Assembly: GCF_009914755.1 (NCBI RefSeq)
Contig: NC_060928.1
Source: the human T2T-CHM13v2.0 reference genome, Homo sapiens
Strand: one strand, 5' to 3'
DNA: 64,000 nt
Both the position numbers and the translations under genes were made by a program. Positions 1 to 13,927 of this stretch are shown piece after piece. A model generated the notes under the pieces. That model saw only the letters and a program-made list of their open reading frames with translations, searched no databases and was not told where the DNA came from. Every line of letters starts with the position of its first letter. Within the stretch, counting starts at the first letter, position 1.

Positions 1-375
1 TATTTGCTGGTGCAAACTTGTTTCAGAAAGTATTGAGACTATTCAGTTCATATGTGTCTAATTTCATTTTTTAATGTCTGCTAATATAAATCACTTTAAA
101 TAATTTTTATTGTAAATACTTGCTTACTTTGTTCAGGAGAATATATATTTAACAATATATTCAGTATATTATTGTTACGTTTTGGGAAATGTCCCAAGTT
201 CTCTGATATTGAAATTTATTTTCTACCTGGCTTTGCATTATTTTTCTCTCTCCATGTTTCTCTTTTCTTCTCTTCCTCTAATATCCTTCTATAATTTAGT
301 TTATTTTCCCTCCTACATGTGTACAAAAAATATGCATTTGTTATATTGAGTACATTTTTGAAAAAAAAATGTATT

Positions 376-2619
376 TGTATTAGTTTGTTCTCATGCTGCT
401 AAAAAGAATTGCCCAAGACTGGGTAATTTATAAAGGAAATAGGTTTAATTGACTCATGGTTTCACATGGCTGAGGAGACCTCAGGAAACTTACAATTATG
501 GCACAAAGTACCTCTTTACAAGGTGGCAGGAGAGAGAATGATAGTTGATCAAATAGAGAAACGTCCCTTATAAAGCCATCAACTCACGATTCAATTACCC
601 CACACTGGGTACCTCCCACGACACGTGGGGATTATGGGAACTACAAATCAAGATGAGATTTGGGTGGTGAGACAGCCAAACTATATCATTCCCCTCCTGG
701 CCCCTCCCAAATCTCATGTTCTTACATTTCAAACCACAATCATGCCTTTCCAACAGTCTCACAAAGTCTTAGCTCATTTCAGCATTAACCCAAAAATCCA
801 AGTCCAAAGTTTCATCTGAGGCAAGACAAGTCCCTTCCACCTATGAGCATGTAAAATCAAAAGCAAGTTAGTTACTTCCTATATACAATGGGGGTAACAG
901 GCATTGGGTAAATACACCAGTTTAAAATGGGAGAAATTAGACAAAATAAAGAGGCTATAGTCTGCATGCAAGTTGGAAATCTAATAGGGCAGTCATTAGA
1001 CCTTCAATTTCCAAAAGAATCACATTTGACTCCATGTCTCACATTCAGGTCACCCTAATGTGTGTAGGCTTCCACAGCCTTTGGTATCTCCATCCCTGTG
1101 GCTTTGCAGGGTACAGCCACCCTCTCACTGTTTTCACAGGCTGGCATTGAGTGTCTGTGGCCTTTCCAGGCACATGATGCCAGCTGTATCTACCATTCTG
1201 GGGTCTGGCTGACAGTAGCCGTCTTCTCGCAGCTCCGCTAGGTGCTCTAGTGGAGCTCTGTGTGGGGACTCCAACCAGTAGGGACTCCGTGTGGGGACTC
1301 CAAACCCACATTTCCTTTCTGCATTGCCCTAGCAGAGGTTCTCCATGAGGGCTCTACCCCTGTAGCAAACTTCTGTCTGGACATTTAGGTAATTTCATAC
1401 ATCCTCTGAAATCTAGGAGGTTTTCAAATCTTAATTCCTGACTTCTTTGTACTCACAGGCTCAACACCATGTGGAAGCTGCCAAGGCTTGGGGATTGCAT
1501 GCTCTGAAGCCATGAACCGAGCTGTACCACAGTCCCTTTTAGCCATAGGTGGGGTGGCTGGGAGTCAGGGCACCAAGTCCACAGGCTGCCACATTGGGGG
1601 ACCCTGGGCCTGGTCCATGAAACCACTTTTTTCTCTTAGGACTATGGGTCAGTGATGGAAGGGTCTACTGTGAAGATCTCTGACATGCCCTGGAGACATT
1701 TTCCCCATTGTCTTGGTGATTAACATTTGGCTCCTTATTACTTACACAAATTTCTGCAGCCAGCTTGAATTTCTTTCCAGAAAATGTTTTTTTCTTTTCT
1801 ACCTGCATCATCAGGCTGCAAATTTTCCAAACTTTTATCTTCTGTTTCCTTTCAAATGCTTTGCTGTTAAAAATTTCTTCTGCCAGATACCCCAAATCAT
1901 CTCTCTCAAGGTCAAAATTCCACAGATCTCTAGGGCAGGGGCAAAAAGCCACCAGTCTCTTTGCTAAAGCACAACGAGAGTCACCTTTTCTCCAGTTCCC
2001 AACACCTTTTCTCCAATTTCCTTATCTTCATCTGAGACCACCTCAACCATTGTCCATATCACTATCAGCATTTTGGTCAAAGCCTTTCAACAAGTCTCTA
2101 GGAAGTTCTTAACTTTCCAACATCTTCCTGTTGTCTGAGCCCTCCAAGTCTCTAGGAAGTTCCAAACTGCCTCATGTTTTCCTGTCTTCTTCTGAGTCCT
2201 CTAAACTGCTCCACCCTCTGCCTGCTACCCGGTTTCAAAGTTACTTCCACATTTTTGTATATCCTTATAGCAGCTCCCCCAACCCACCAACTCATGGCAC
2301 CAATTTACTGTATTAGACTGTTCTCATGCTGCTATAAATAACTGCTAGAGACTGGGCAATTAATAATGGAAAGAGGATTAATTGACACAGTTCTGCATAG
2401 ATAGGGAGGCCTCAGGAAATTTAAAATCATGCCTGAAAACACGTCTTCACAGGGCAGCAGGAGAGAGAATGAGAACTGAGCAAATGGGAAATTCCCTTTA
2501 TAAAACCATCACCCCTGTGATTCAATTACCTCCCACCATGTCCCTCCCATGACACATGAGGATTATGGAAATATCAATTCAAGATGAGATTTTGGTGGAT
2601 ACAAAGCTGAACCATATCA
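376..2619 (-). mobile_element. Full-length THE1C-type MaLR provirus (LTR 376-688, THE1-int 689-2308, LTR 2309-2619)
   Basis: Two homologous LTRs start tgtattag and end tatca. The internal part is typical THE1-int (ggcccctcccaaatctcatg...; ...caccaatttac). 5-bp TSD gtatt (371-375) / gtgtt (2620-2624). Confidence 0.93.
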
Positions 2620-2934
2620 GTGTTCCTTTACTCTTGTCAAATATTTGGTAACTTAATGTTTCAATTTCTTAAGTAATTTGTATATAGTGACATAAAATGG
2701 AGTTGTAGTATTATAGAAAGAATCACGTCATCATATGTTATAATTGTGTTCCCTTCCATCAATCAAGTCTTAAGTGAAGTACATACACTTAGCAAAATAT
2801 TTGAATGTAAGTAATTTTAACGGTTAGCCATAGATGTTACTTACAGGGAGTCTCATTTTTGCCACATGAAAAATATTGTAATATGCATCTTCATGTTCTG
2901 TGTTTGAAATAAATATGAATCTGATAAGCCCATT

Positions 2935-3665
2935 TTATTGCTTTAAAACCTTTAGTGGGTCCAAGAATCAGTTCTAATATCCTTAATATAGTGGCCTGCA
3001 CTACTTGGTATAATCTAGCACCTGTCTAACTCTGGAGCCTCACCTCCCACCACTCACTCTGATTATACCTTCTGGATTCTGGAGTCCTAAGCATTTAAAA
3101 AAAAAACAAAAAAAACAAAATTAACTTAATTTAGAAGTGTTCAAAGGCTTTACAACCCACACAAAAACGAAAATCCAAACTTCTTGCCATGAAGTTAAAT
3201 GCCTTACATGCCCTGGCTTCTGTCTCATTATCCACTTTTTTTTCTGCTCTACATTATTTTGTGTTCACTCTGCTCCAGCCACACACAACTTCTTTCAGTT
3301 TCTTAAACTAATTTAACTTCTTTTACCTAAAAATATTTGCATTTGCAGACTCGTGGCATGGATTCTTCTCTAGTGGATCTCAAAAGTCATTTATTCAAAG
3401 AAAACTTTTTTGATCACTCTGTTTAATGTAGAGCTACCATGACCCTTTGTATTTTCTTCACAGAAAATTATGCTTTCAATGGTATTTATGTGCTATGTAT
3501 TTGCATGTGTGTGTCAGTTTATGTCTAGGCACATATACCATCTACTCCCTTTATGGCATATAAAATAAAGGAGGGCCTGCCTATGGGTAAGCATTTTTTC
3601 TGTATTGTCCACTAATATACATCCCAGGCCTAGCAAAGAAGGCACTTATGATAATATTAGATGGG
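2935..3665 (+). mobile_element. Degraded L2 LINE 3' fragments
   Basis: L2-like motifs aaaatccaaacttcttgccatg, ctctgctccagccacac, cccaggcctagca; highly diverged, boundaries approximate. Confidence 0.55.
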
Positions 3666-4469
3666 TGAAAAAAATGATATTTAAGGTTGGACTCAGTTGT
3701 TGCTCTTTTATAAATCATGGTATTTATTATATTATCATATATATAGGATTACATAAGTTAAAGCATGAATCAAAAAAGTGTTGAAATTGTCATATTTTCA
3801 GAGTTTATGTTTTACATTTCTGATTAACTGACAGTTAAATTATGATGAATTTAAATCCGTAAAGAATTTTGTGAGGTCAAAAATGTATACAAATTTAAAC
3901 TGTTTAATCAAAATTAGTGCAAGTGTATTTATCTAAATCATTTTATTAATACTCTGTCATATACAGGAAAAGAAGAATATATTCCAAGTATATAGTGATT
4001 ATTTATGAATTTGTAAAAGCTAGTTAAATGGATTTCATTATAAGTAAGTTCTTGATAATAAGGGTAGATGGCTCTTTGACAATGAAGATCAAAATACCCA
4101 GTCAAGAGCACAGATGGTTCAATTAACAGAAAAAATAAGTTTCTTTTATTAAATGCATCTTCACCCTATTCATCTGAATTTTGCCCTAATTCCATAAAAG
4201 TTGTATTCATCCTAACATGGGGATAAATTGGCAAGATATGCTTGAAAGTCTTATGCAGACTTTAGAAAGCCACATCTGTTGGTGCTCCCATGATCTTATT
4301 TAGAAAGATTACCTCACAACAGATGTTCATGGGTATTTTGGAGAATAAAATACTACAATCATGTAATGTGTACTTCCATAAAAATTTAGGCCAAAAAAGT
4401 CTATTATAGATTGTTTATATGTCTAAAATATCAAGAAAATTCATTATTCCCAAATACCTTAGAATATAT

Positions 4470-5700
4470 TCCCTGCAAGTAAGTACATTTTTTGTATAAC
4501 TGAAATGCAATTGTCAAAGTCAGAAAATCATTAGTAAATTACTACCATATAATCCTCATCTATAACTCATACTTTGCCTAGTTTTCTAGTAATGTCTTTA
4601 AGGGAGAATATTCCAGACTAGAGCCATGTATTGCTTTTATTTATTATTTCTATGTAGTCTATCTTTAAAAATAGTTAATTTTTTTAACTTTAATTTTTAC
4701 AATCTTGGAAGCTTTGAAGATTATAGGTCAGATATTTTTACAAGTTCTTGTATTTAGATTGTCAAATGCTTCTTCATAACTACTTTAAGGTATGCATATT
4801 TAGTGGAATATCATAGAAGTGAATTTTTTTTCTAATTATATGCTATTATTTGACACACATAGTGGCCACACTGTTTCTATTAGACACACTATTAGTGATG
4901 TTAACTCCAATTATTTGATTAAGGTAAGTTGACCAATCTTCTCCATTCTAAAATCGTTCTCTTCCCCTTTGCCATTAATAGCTAATATTGAAACTGTGTA
5001 TTATATTACGTTCATCATTAAAATTTAATTTATTTATTTATGGATTCAATGTTTTCTTTTATTTGTAATGTCTCATAATTTGTTACTAATATTTTCTTCC
5101 CCTGGTGAAAGTGTTCTGATTTTACGAGTGAGAGTCCCTTAAAGCTGGTTTCTGTGTCGTCTTTTTTTTTTTTTTTTTGGACAGAATCTCACTCTGTCGC
5201 CTAGGCTGGAGTGCAGTGGGGCTATCTTGGCTCACTGCAGCCTCCGCCTCCCAGGCTGAAATGATCCTCCCATCTCAGCCTCCCGAGTAGCTGGGACTAC
5301 AAATGCCCGCCACCACGCCAGATTAATTTTTGTATTTTTAGTAGAGATGAAGTTTCCCCCTGTTGGCCAGGCAGGTCTCAAACCCCTGATCTCAAGTGAT
5401 CTGCCTGCCTCAGCCTCCCAGAGTGCTGGAATTACAGGCATAAGCCACCATGCCCAGCCTGGTTTCTGTGTCTTTTTGATGTTTCCCTGCATTCTTTGAG
5501 TACTGCCTTGATATTTTGCAAAAAGAACATTCTAGGAAAGATATTTTCTCTGCCCAGCCTTCAAATCAGATATTTTACCAAAATGTCCTTGTTACTTTAA
5601 GTGGAGAAAAACATTGTGAAACCAAGTTCTATAATCCCAAGTGTGTCCATTGTTACTAAATTGTCACTGCCTCAGGTCGTCTTATTGAACAAAATGAAGG
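4470..5700 (-). mobile_element. Ancient L1MC-like 3'UTR fragment, interrupted by an Alu
   Basis: Resembles antisense L1MC4/5 3'UTR (gagagtcccttaaagctggtttctgtgtc...ctgcccagcc...gaaaccaag); boundaries approximate. Confidence 0.5.
5162..5459 (-). mobile_element. Full-length Alu (old AluS/AluJb-like)
   Basis: Poly(T) then dimeric Alu antisense ending cccagcc. TSD tggtttctgtgtc at 5146-5158 and 5460-5472. Confidence 0.96.
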
Positions 5701-5789
5701 AAAATATGTATGGGCACACATGCACACATACATTTATATGTTTATTTACATTACTGCTGTCCAATACAATTTTTTTATTATTGTTAAAT

Positions 5790-5870
5790 TTTTTTTAAAT
5801 TTTACATTAGTAAAAACACTTAACATGAGATCTTCCCTCTTAGTCGATTTTTAAGTCTACAATACAGTGC
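5790..5870 (-). mobile_element. Short L1MA9/L1MB-type 3' end fragment
   Basis: aacacttaacatgagatcttccctcttag...ttttaagtctacaatacagt matches the antisense 3' terminus of old L1s. Confidence 0.5.
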
Positions 5871-7179
5871 TAGCTTTTGCTCAGGGCAACAGGCTGAGTT
5901 TCTCCAGCATTCAGTGGACTCCAATCCTATCATTTTCAACAAGATCTGAATTCCAACCTTGGAGAGTCCATATTCTCCTTTCCCAGTTTATTCCTTTTTT
6001 GAGCACTACATCCCAGCTCTAAGGGTTTATTTAGAATTTTATTTGTTACTTTATATTAATTATCCTCTGTTCAAGTCACTGCAGAGTTTATATCTCCTGA
6101 CTGGACCTTAATTGATAGAGCAAATAAATAAATACAGCTCTGCTGGGGTACTTGGGTGTATTTACAGGAATGAGCTGTGTGTGTGTGCATGCACGTGTGT
6201 ACACACATACAGACACACAAACGCACACTATCTGTATTTATATCTATTTACATTCTATGCTGTTCAATACACTACTAACTCACTACTAACCACATGTTAT
6301 TATTGAATACTTAAAATGAGGCTTTCTTGAGATAAAATTAAATATTTAATTTTAATTAATTAATTATTAATTAATATTTATACACATTGCCATAAACATA
6401 TCAATTTAAAACCACATTTATTTGCATATCTATCTGTAAATTCAATCCAATGCCATAGGGATTTTTCTAGTGATCATGGTTTCCATATTTGCACTCCCTT
6501 GCTCACCACATCCTTACTCATTTACATACTCAGTCAATCCCCTTGTGTGTACTCAATCTCTTGTCATTCTCTCCTCACTTCAACTGTGCTTTTGAATCAC
6601 TCATTGGGTTGCCTCGTTTGCACTTTAATAGATGCTGCTGCTCTCAAGCAGGTGATCTTCTCACTCTGAAACATATCCAGAGCCATGCTAGTACAGCCTC
6701 ATTAGCCCACTTGTTCTCTAATACACTACACTTAGAAGCCTTCATAAGGACATAAGATCCTAATTCTTCTCAGTCTCTAATACTCCATCACAATGGCCTT
6801 CCACGTGGACACACTTCTCACTGCACTTAGTATATTTTATGATGTACCAGGGTGCCTTTCCTTAGAGATGTCATCCTCATGCCGGTTGGATTGTATGCAC
6901 AGAGGCATCCTCTTTTGCAGATGCCCTCCTTACCCTAGACTTTTATACCTTGTGCTGGACTGCCCATCATGCATACTCTACTAACCTTGGTCAGGATTTC
7001 ACACCCTGTTCTGGGCTATGATATATTTAGCCTCTGTTTTGGAGACAGATCCTTCTGTTACTGTCTCTCAAATAATGTCTTCGGACTTAATTTTTCAGCG
7101 TGGAAATGAAAAGGGACGAAAAAATCGGCAGAGTTATTCTTGCTATTTTACTTTGTTGTCATTATTTTTGATCTATTAT

Positions 7180-7598
7180 TGTATTAGGCCATTCTTGCAT
7201 TGCTATAAAGAAATACCTGAGTCTGGGTAATTAATAAAGAAAATAAGTTTAATTGAGTCACAGTTCTTCAGACAGTACAAGAAGCATGACAGTAGCATCT
7301 GCTTCTAGGGAGGGCCTGCAAAGGCTTATAATCATGGTGGGAGGCAAAGGGGTAGCAAGCGTCTCACATGGTGAGAGTGGGAGCAAGAGAGAAAGGGGAG
7401 AGGCACGACATACTTATAAGCATCCAGATGTCACAGGAACTCAGAGAGAGAACTCACTCATCATAAAGAGGATGGCACTAACCCATTCATTAAGGACATG
7501 ACCCCAAGATGAAAATACCTCCCAGCATCTCCACTTCCAACACTGGGGATTACATTTTGACATGAGATTTGGAAGGGCCAAAAATCTAAATTATATCA
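7180..7598 (-). mobile_element. MSTA-type MaLR solo LTR
   Basis: tgtattaggccattcttgcattgctataaagaaatacctgag ... catgagatttgg...tatca; degenerate 5-bp TSD attat/atcac. Confidence 0.88.
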
Positions 7599-7850
7599 AT
7601 CACTAACTGACATATCAATATTATCAATGTCATTAAGCTATGATGGTGGGTTTATCTATTTACTTTTTCTATTTTATCAATTTATTTTCTCTATATTTTG
7701 AGGCATTTTATTATTAGTAGCATACAGGTAAAATATAACATTTTCTTAGAAAACAAAACTCTTATCATAGAGTGACTGTCTTCATTTCAAATAATTTTGT
7801 CATAAAGTCTATGTTACTTGATTAATGAACTCTTCCAATTCTATTTTCTT

Positions 7851-8350
7851 TATATATATACACATATATTTTTGTTACTATAGTTTAAGTTCTAGGGTAC
7901 ATGTGCACAAAGTGCAGGTTTGTTACATACGTATACATGTGCCATGTTGGTTTGCTGCACTCATCAACTCATCATTTACATTAGGTATTTCTCCTAATGC
8001 TAACCCTCCACCAGCCACCCACCCCACGACAGGCCCCAGTGTGTGATATTCCCCGCCCATGTGTCCAAGTATTCTCATTGTTCAGTTTCCACCTATGACC
8101 AAGAACATGTGGTGTTTGGTTTTCTGTCCTTGTGACAGTTTGCTGAGAATTATGGTTTTGAACTTCATCCATGTCCCTGCAAAGGACATGAACTCATCTT
8201 TTTTAATAGATGCATTGTATTCCTTGGTGTATATGTGCCACATTTTCTTAATCCAGTCTATCATTGATGGACACTTGGGTTGGTTCCAAGTCTTTGCTAT
8301 TGTGAATAATGTCGCAATAAACATACGTGTGCATGTGTCTTTATAGTAGC
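7851..8350 (-). mobile_element. 5'-truncated L1PA (PA6-8-like) 3' end, inserted in an older L1M fragment
   Basis: ORF 8082-8324 is the L1 ORF2p C-terminus ([18 protein letters not shown]...), followed by L1PA 3'UTR. TSD caattctattttctt (7836-7850) / caatactattttctt (8350-8364). Confidence 0.93.
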
Positions 8351-8539
8351 AATACTATTTTCTTATTATTAGTCTAAATGTCTTTTTTTATCTTTTTAGT
8401 TTGAATTTTATGGCTAATTATCCTCTAACGTTTTCACTGAAAATAGAATACATATGAGTGCTTTCTTTTCTTAATCTAGTTTGAAGATTTTCACTAAGTT
8501 TTCAATGATTGAAGATCTTTATAAACAAGATCTTTGTTC

Positions 8540-8955
8540 TTGTTTAGTTAATATTCACTCCACCATTCCATCATGCGAGGAGTATGCTTTTCCACTCCAT
8601 TACATAGCTTGGCTATGTGATTTGCTTTGGCCTGTGGCATTGTGTGGAAATGACAGTCTGCCTAATTCAGTAGAATTTTAAGAAGCCTGGTATCGGGGAA
8701 CCTGCCCTGACTTCCTTCAACAGCCTGGAAGTGTTTATTCGTCATTGCCCTCTGACATGAGAGCAACAGGTTCCATATAGCAGCTGGTTCTTCAGCTTAC
8801 TTGTAGAATCAAGGAGGCCTAGGGACCACATCTGGACCCAATATGATACTCAAAGAAGGGTGTCTCCAATCAGCAGCAAGGTCAGTGAGCTCATACTAAT
8901 AATGTTTGTTATTGTAAGCCATGTTTTTTTTATTTTTATAAACAATATAAAACAG
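8540..8955 (+). mobile_element. Old MLT1I/J-like MaLR LTR fragment
   Basis: cttggctatgtgatttgctttggcc...ggaaatgacagt and aatgtttgttattgtaagcca motifs. Confidence 0.5.
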
Positions 8956-10119
8956 CAGAAGCTGAATAATTTAGTATTTGATAGAGAAGTGATAAAAGAG
9001 AAAATGAGGAATCCAGAAATTCTGATATTTGAAAGACAAACTCTCAAGACAAACATCACATGTTGTATTAAGAACTATTATATTAAGACACCTCTGATTG
9101 TATTGATTTGTTCCCCAAAGAGATATGTTCTTTTTTAAAATAAAGCTCAAGTAAAAGGAACTGAGGACATGCTAACACTAATGTCTTCTACGTTTAAAGA
9201 ATCTGTATTCAAGTGAGGAGAACAACATTTACTGAAAAGAATTATGCTTATGGTCTGACTGGAATTAATAAAATAACAAATTATAATAATTAAGGAAAAA
9301 TTAATTACATTTTCAGACAGATGGATGACCAAAATCACAATCTTAGATGAAGTAAGACTGACAATTTGAGATGGAAATTTGCTTTTGCACATTCAGTACT
9401 TTACGGCCAGAATCAAACTGAAAAAGTTGCTCAGTGAGCAAAGAACAAATATTCTCTAACACATTTTCAAATATGTTGAAGTAATATAATAAAACAGAAA
9501 TGCTCAGAGGGTGGAGCCCAAACCCATAAAGAATAATGTCCTGGCAAGCTACTATCAACGAACAGTATTAGGGCCTAATCAGAAGACTCAGGATTTCTAC
9601 AGATTTCAGCTGTGCGATTTTATCTCTTCCACTTCTGGAACAGGACCTTGTTTCACAAACATTGTATTGCATATCTTTCTTTTTCTCTCCTTTTTTTTCT
9701 TTACTTTTTCCTATATATTTTCTTTCTCTTTTTCATTTCTTTTTTCTTTTTTCCCATTTTTTTGTTGTTGTTCTTAAATTTCAAGTTCAAAAGGGGTGTC
9801 TTCTAGATCTTATGTAGAAATTATTTTAAAAAAGACTCTGAACTGTAATTTTGATTGGTTGATACTTTAGGAATATCATTCTTAGGTTTAAATAATTGGT
9901 TTTTATATAGAAGGGCAGAAACTAAATATGTGTGACTCAAATAGAAGCTTTTGCCAAATCTATTATTTTGTAGCAAAATTCACTCTTCCTCCCTGTAATC
10001 TCAACAAAAGTCATATATATTCCCTGCCTTACTGATGTGGTTTCTCATTGGGAGTTGTTTTGACAGTGTGGAAGGAGTCAAGAGTGTGCCAGTCCTAAAT
10101 AGAGATGTTAAGATGTACT

Positions 10120-10502
10120 ATGAATTGGTTTGCTAGGGCTGGCATAACAAAAGACCACAAACTAGGTGTCTTCAACAACAAAACTTTATGTATTTATAAT
10201 TTTACAGCCTGGAAATACAAGATCAAGATGCTAGCAGGTTTAACTTCTCCTGAGGCATCCCTCCTTGGCTTGCAGAATGGCTGCTTCTGTGTCCTCATAT
10301 GACCTTTCCTCTGTCAGTATGCATTTCTGCTGTCTCTTCCATTTTTGTAAAGGGAACTAGTCATACTGAATTAAGGGCCCCACTCCCGTGACTTCATTTA
10401 ACGTTAATTATATTTTTAAAGGATCTGTCTTCAAATACAGTCACATTGATAATTAGGACTTCAGCATATGAATTTCGAGGTGACAAAATTAAGTACATAA
10501 CA
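10120..10502 (-). mobile_element. MLT1A0-type MaLR solo LTR, apparently nested in an older MLT1 LTR (~9970-10730)
   Basis: ggtttgctagggctggcataacaaa...ctccttggcttgcag...caaatacagtcacatt...catatgaatt. Confidence 0.8.
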
Positions 10503-12394
10503 CATTACAACCATCACTTTGTGTGTATGCCAAGATAGAAGATTTTTTTTTTTTTCATTTTGGGAACAGGAATGAGAACACAAATAGAGCAAACCAAACA
10601 TGCCTGAGGTCTTCTGAAGTGGAGTCATTGTAGCCAAGTGCAATTCTTTTTTTTAAGTTTATCACCCAGCCCAAAATGTCATAACTGCAAAATTTTGATT
10701 GAGAAAGAAATGTATAAGTCAATGGTAATTTTTACAAAATGTATTAGAGCAAAATTAACATTTATTATTTCTATTTGTCCTAGTTTTCTATATGTAATTT
10801 TTCATCTATTTTAATTTTTATTAATATTTTGTGTTAAAAATTATACTTCCTCTCTATTGAGAAAATTGCATCGAGTTAATTTGAATTCCATTTTGTAGCT
10901 ATAGTATAATTAATATCTATATTGATAAGTTTTAATAATATAGCACATATGCTATTTGATATGATATATCAATATACTCTATTTTTTAGTAAGCAAAAAT
11001 TAACATAATATTATATAATGTGAAATTTTTACACTCATGGTTAATACTATCATTTTTAATAACCTTTCTTTTTCATTGTTTAACTGATAATAACCCCATT
11101 GTTTAACTGATGTCTAATCTTCACTTTGATACTATGTTTATCTCTCAGTGATTAAACCATCTACTTCTATATTTGAAGCAAAATATCTTAAACCAATGTC
11201 ATCTACTGCAAGCAGTTAAAATATTCCCACATTTAGTCAGTAGAATTTTCAACTTGTAAACTCATTCTGAAAAATAAAAATAGGCATGACAGAATATGCT
11301 GTGAAAACATTTCAATATTGGTAATTATTTCTCTCTTGCAAGTTATAATAGGTTTTCAATGCAAGCATCTATTCTTCAGTATATAAATTCTGTTTATGTA
11401 TTTCTCACTTCCATTTAGAGTTAGCAGATGATTCCCATTTCTTATTTTCAGTAATGAGACTTCTTAAGCCAGAGTAACATTTAACACTAGTTTTTCTATT
11501 TTATAGTGATACTTACAAAGGCACAGGCAATAATCTATGGGACAATCGATGCTTTCTACAATATTATACTGAGCTAAACAAAGGAATCTATCAAGTATTC
11601 CTGGCTTATAGGTCATTCCGGTTTACAAATTTTGGAATCAACAATTAATTATGTTCACCTATTTAATAAAAATACATCTTAAAAAGAAAATTTTATTTGT
11701 GTACACTGAAGAAAATTATGTAACATTTTACATATTTTATTTGTTTCTTATTATGGGATTTAATCTATACATGAAGATTTGAAAGCTAAAAGTATTTAAT
11801 ATTAGACAAGAAATCATTTAAGCAACTGCATCTGCAGTCTCCATTTGAACATCCTTATTTTTCTCTTTATGAAATATATGATTTATTAGACCAAACTTTC
11901 TCTCCCTGAAACTGTAGTTTTACCAGGCTAATGGATAGGAATGATAGGAACTGCATCCTCTTTCCTATTCTGTGTAAAGCAAACAAAGGAAAGAAAAGCT
12001 GACAGGATTTCAATAGTGTCAATTAAGGAGCAATTGCAATGATGAAAAGCATAAGGCAATGGCATTCTTGACAAGCTGACAATACCTACGACTCTTGATA
12101 AAAATCACTTTGATTCTGGGTGACTAGCATAAGGTGATGTCTGACAGCTGATTTATACAAGCAACTAAAGAAGACAGTAAGAGAGAAGTGAACATATTAA
12201 AGACTAAGAAATTAATAGACCGTAAGGAATGGTGATGGAAATCTAATTTTCCCTGCAGCCTCCATAATAACACTTCCCCTTGTATTTAGAGTTCTTTCTT
12301 ACATTTCTAAAACAAGTAAGCCTGGGAGAAAAAAATGATATAATTAGCTACATAATCATTTCTTTAGTTGTGTATTATTTATTATTTCCTTTCA

Positions 12395-12517
12395 CTGGAA
12401 TGTTATCCCCAAAGGTCAAATATTTTTTGTCTGATTCATTGAGCACCGTAGCCTTAAGCAATGGAATAGGACCTTGTATATAATACATATAATAAACATT
12501 TTTATTGGATGAATGAG
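12395..12517 (+). mobile_element. L2 3' terminal fragment
   Basis: Ends aataaacatttttattggatgaatga, typical of an L2 tail. Confidence 0.45.
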
Positions 12518-13927
12518 GTAAAAAAAATGGTGAAATTGTACTCAACTGTCAATTATTTTACAAGGAAGTCATGTCAGTGGTATATGTAAATGTTTAAGAC
12601 AATATATAAACAGGCAATGAAAATTTAGTTTTTGTACAGGTGTTGAAAATATATAGGTAAAGTATTAGAATAGTCTATATATCCTTATTATCCTGTATGT
12701 GTGCTATATTCAATATGTTAATGATTGTATTATGGAACTATACTTTTTTTTAAGTGTTAAATTTCTCAGTCCAGAAAGTGAAAGCTCTTGTACCCCAATA
12801 ACCATGTCACCATTCCTTCTTGAATACATAAATGACTAAAATTCTCAGCCCTTCTATAGTCAAGTAAGATTATGTGATTAATGCAGACCAATGAGCAATG
12901 ATAAGTGGTATTAATTGTATTAACTATCTCAAAAATGACATTGATGTATTATGAACTTTAAAAGAAAAAACATTGCAATTATTTTTGAAAATATTTCCTG
13001 GGCATGATATCTACTAAGATGCAACTACTAGTTTAATTTTTGAATTATTCTTTTTTCCTCATAATTTGTATCACATTTCATGTTCCTTTTTAATGGGGAA
13101 CATTGCAGGAACATTTGCATTTGAGTTCTTCAAAATTTGGTTAAACTTTGAAAAGAATGAAAAAGAGTTATTCAGTTGGAGCTAGTGTGTGTTTAACTGC
13201 ATCTGAATGTGGATACCGCAACAATCATTTGTAGTACATATGGAAACAATGTCAACATTTGTCAACAGAACAACACGTTTTTAAAAAAGAAAAGAAGAAT
13301 GAAAGAGATTATTACAGCAGATAAGTATTCAAGAAATCAAACAATGATTTAGTGTGATTCTATGGGAATTACTAGAAAATAAGGAAAAAACAAGATCTGT
13401 GTTTGAGATGTGAAGATAAGGGAAGTTGACTATGAAAAATAGTGGAGGTTTCTAAATTTGATACTCTGTGTAGTTGAGTATGTAGATACATGTGTGAAAA
13501 TACATTTCTGGGAAAGATGCAATCTAAAGATACTATTCTGGATTTTAAATGTTTATTATTACATTCTGAGTGGACATATTTCCTACAGCAGGCACAGAAT
13601 GTTGGTGCATAATCTTTTTAGAACTTCCACAGAATGACAACAAAAAGAAATATAACAGATAACCACTTTGACGCGTTTCTATTCATTTCTTTTTCTTTTT
13701 GTATGTTTTGTATATAGACGTAACTTAAATACTAATTTTAAAACATACATTGAACTCAGCAAGCTCTTCTTGTATTTTTTAAAACCTTAAATTCAAAAAG
13801 AAATCCCAGTATAAAAATGTTGAACAGTCAATGTAACAAAACATGTCTTTGTAGTTAAAACTCTTGACCCAATTTTAAACTTTAGCATCTTATTTTCATT
13901 GATTGCCAATTGAACTGTGATAGTGAG

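Noticed and set aside
1248-2200. Small tandem duplications in THE1-int (~28 bp at 1250-1305; ~55 bp at 2092-2200)
   Set aside because: The longer one is, as I recall, part of THE1C/D-int consensus; the shorter is an ordinary slippage event.
5232-5492. 86-aa ORF ([15 protein letters not shown])
   Set aside because: Classic Alu translation artefact.
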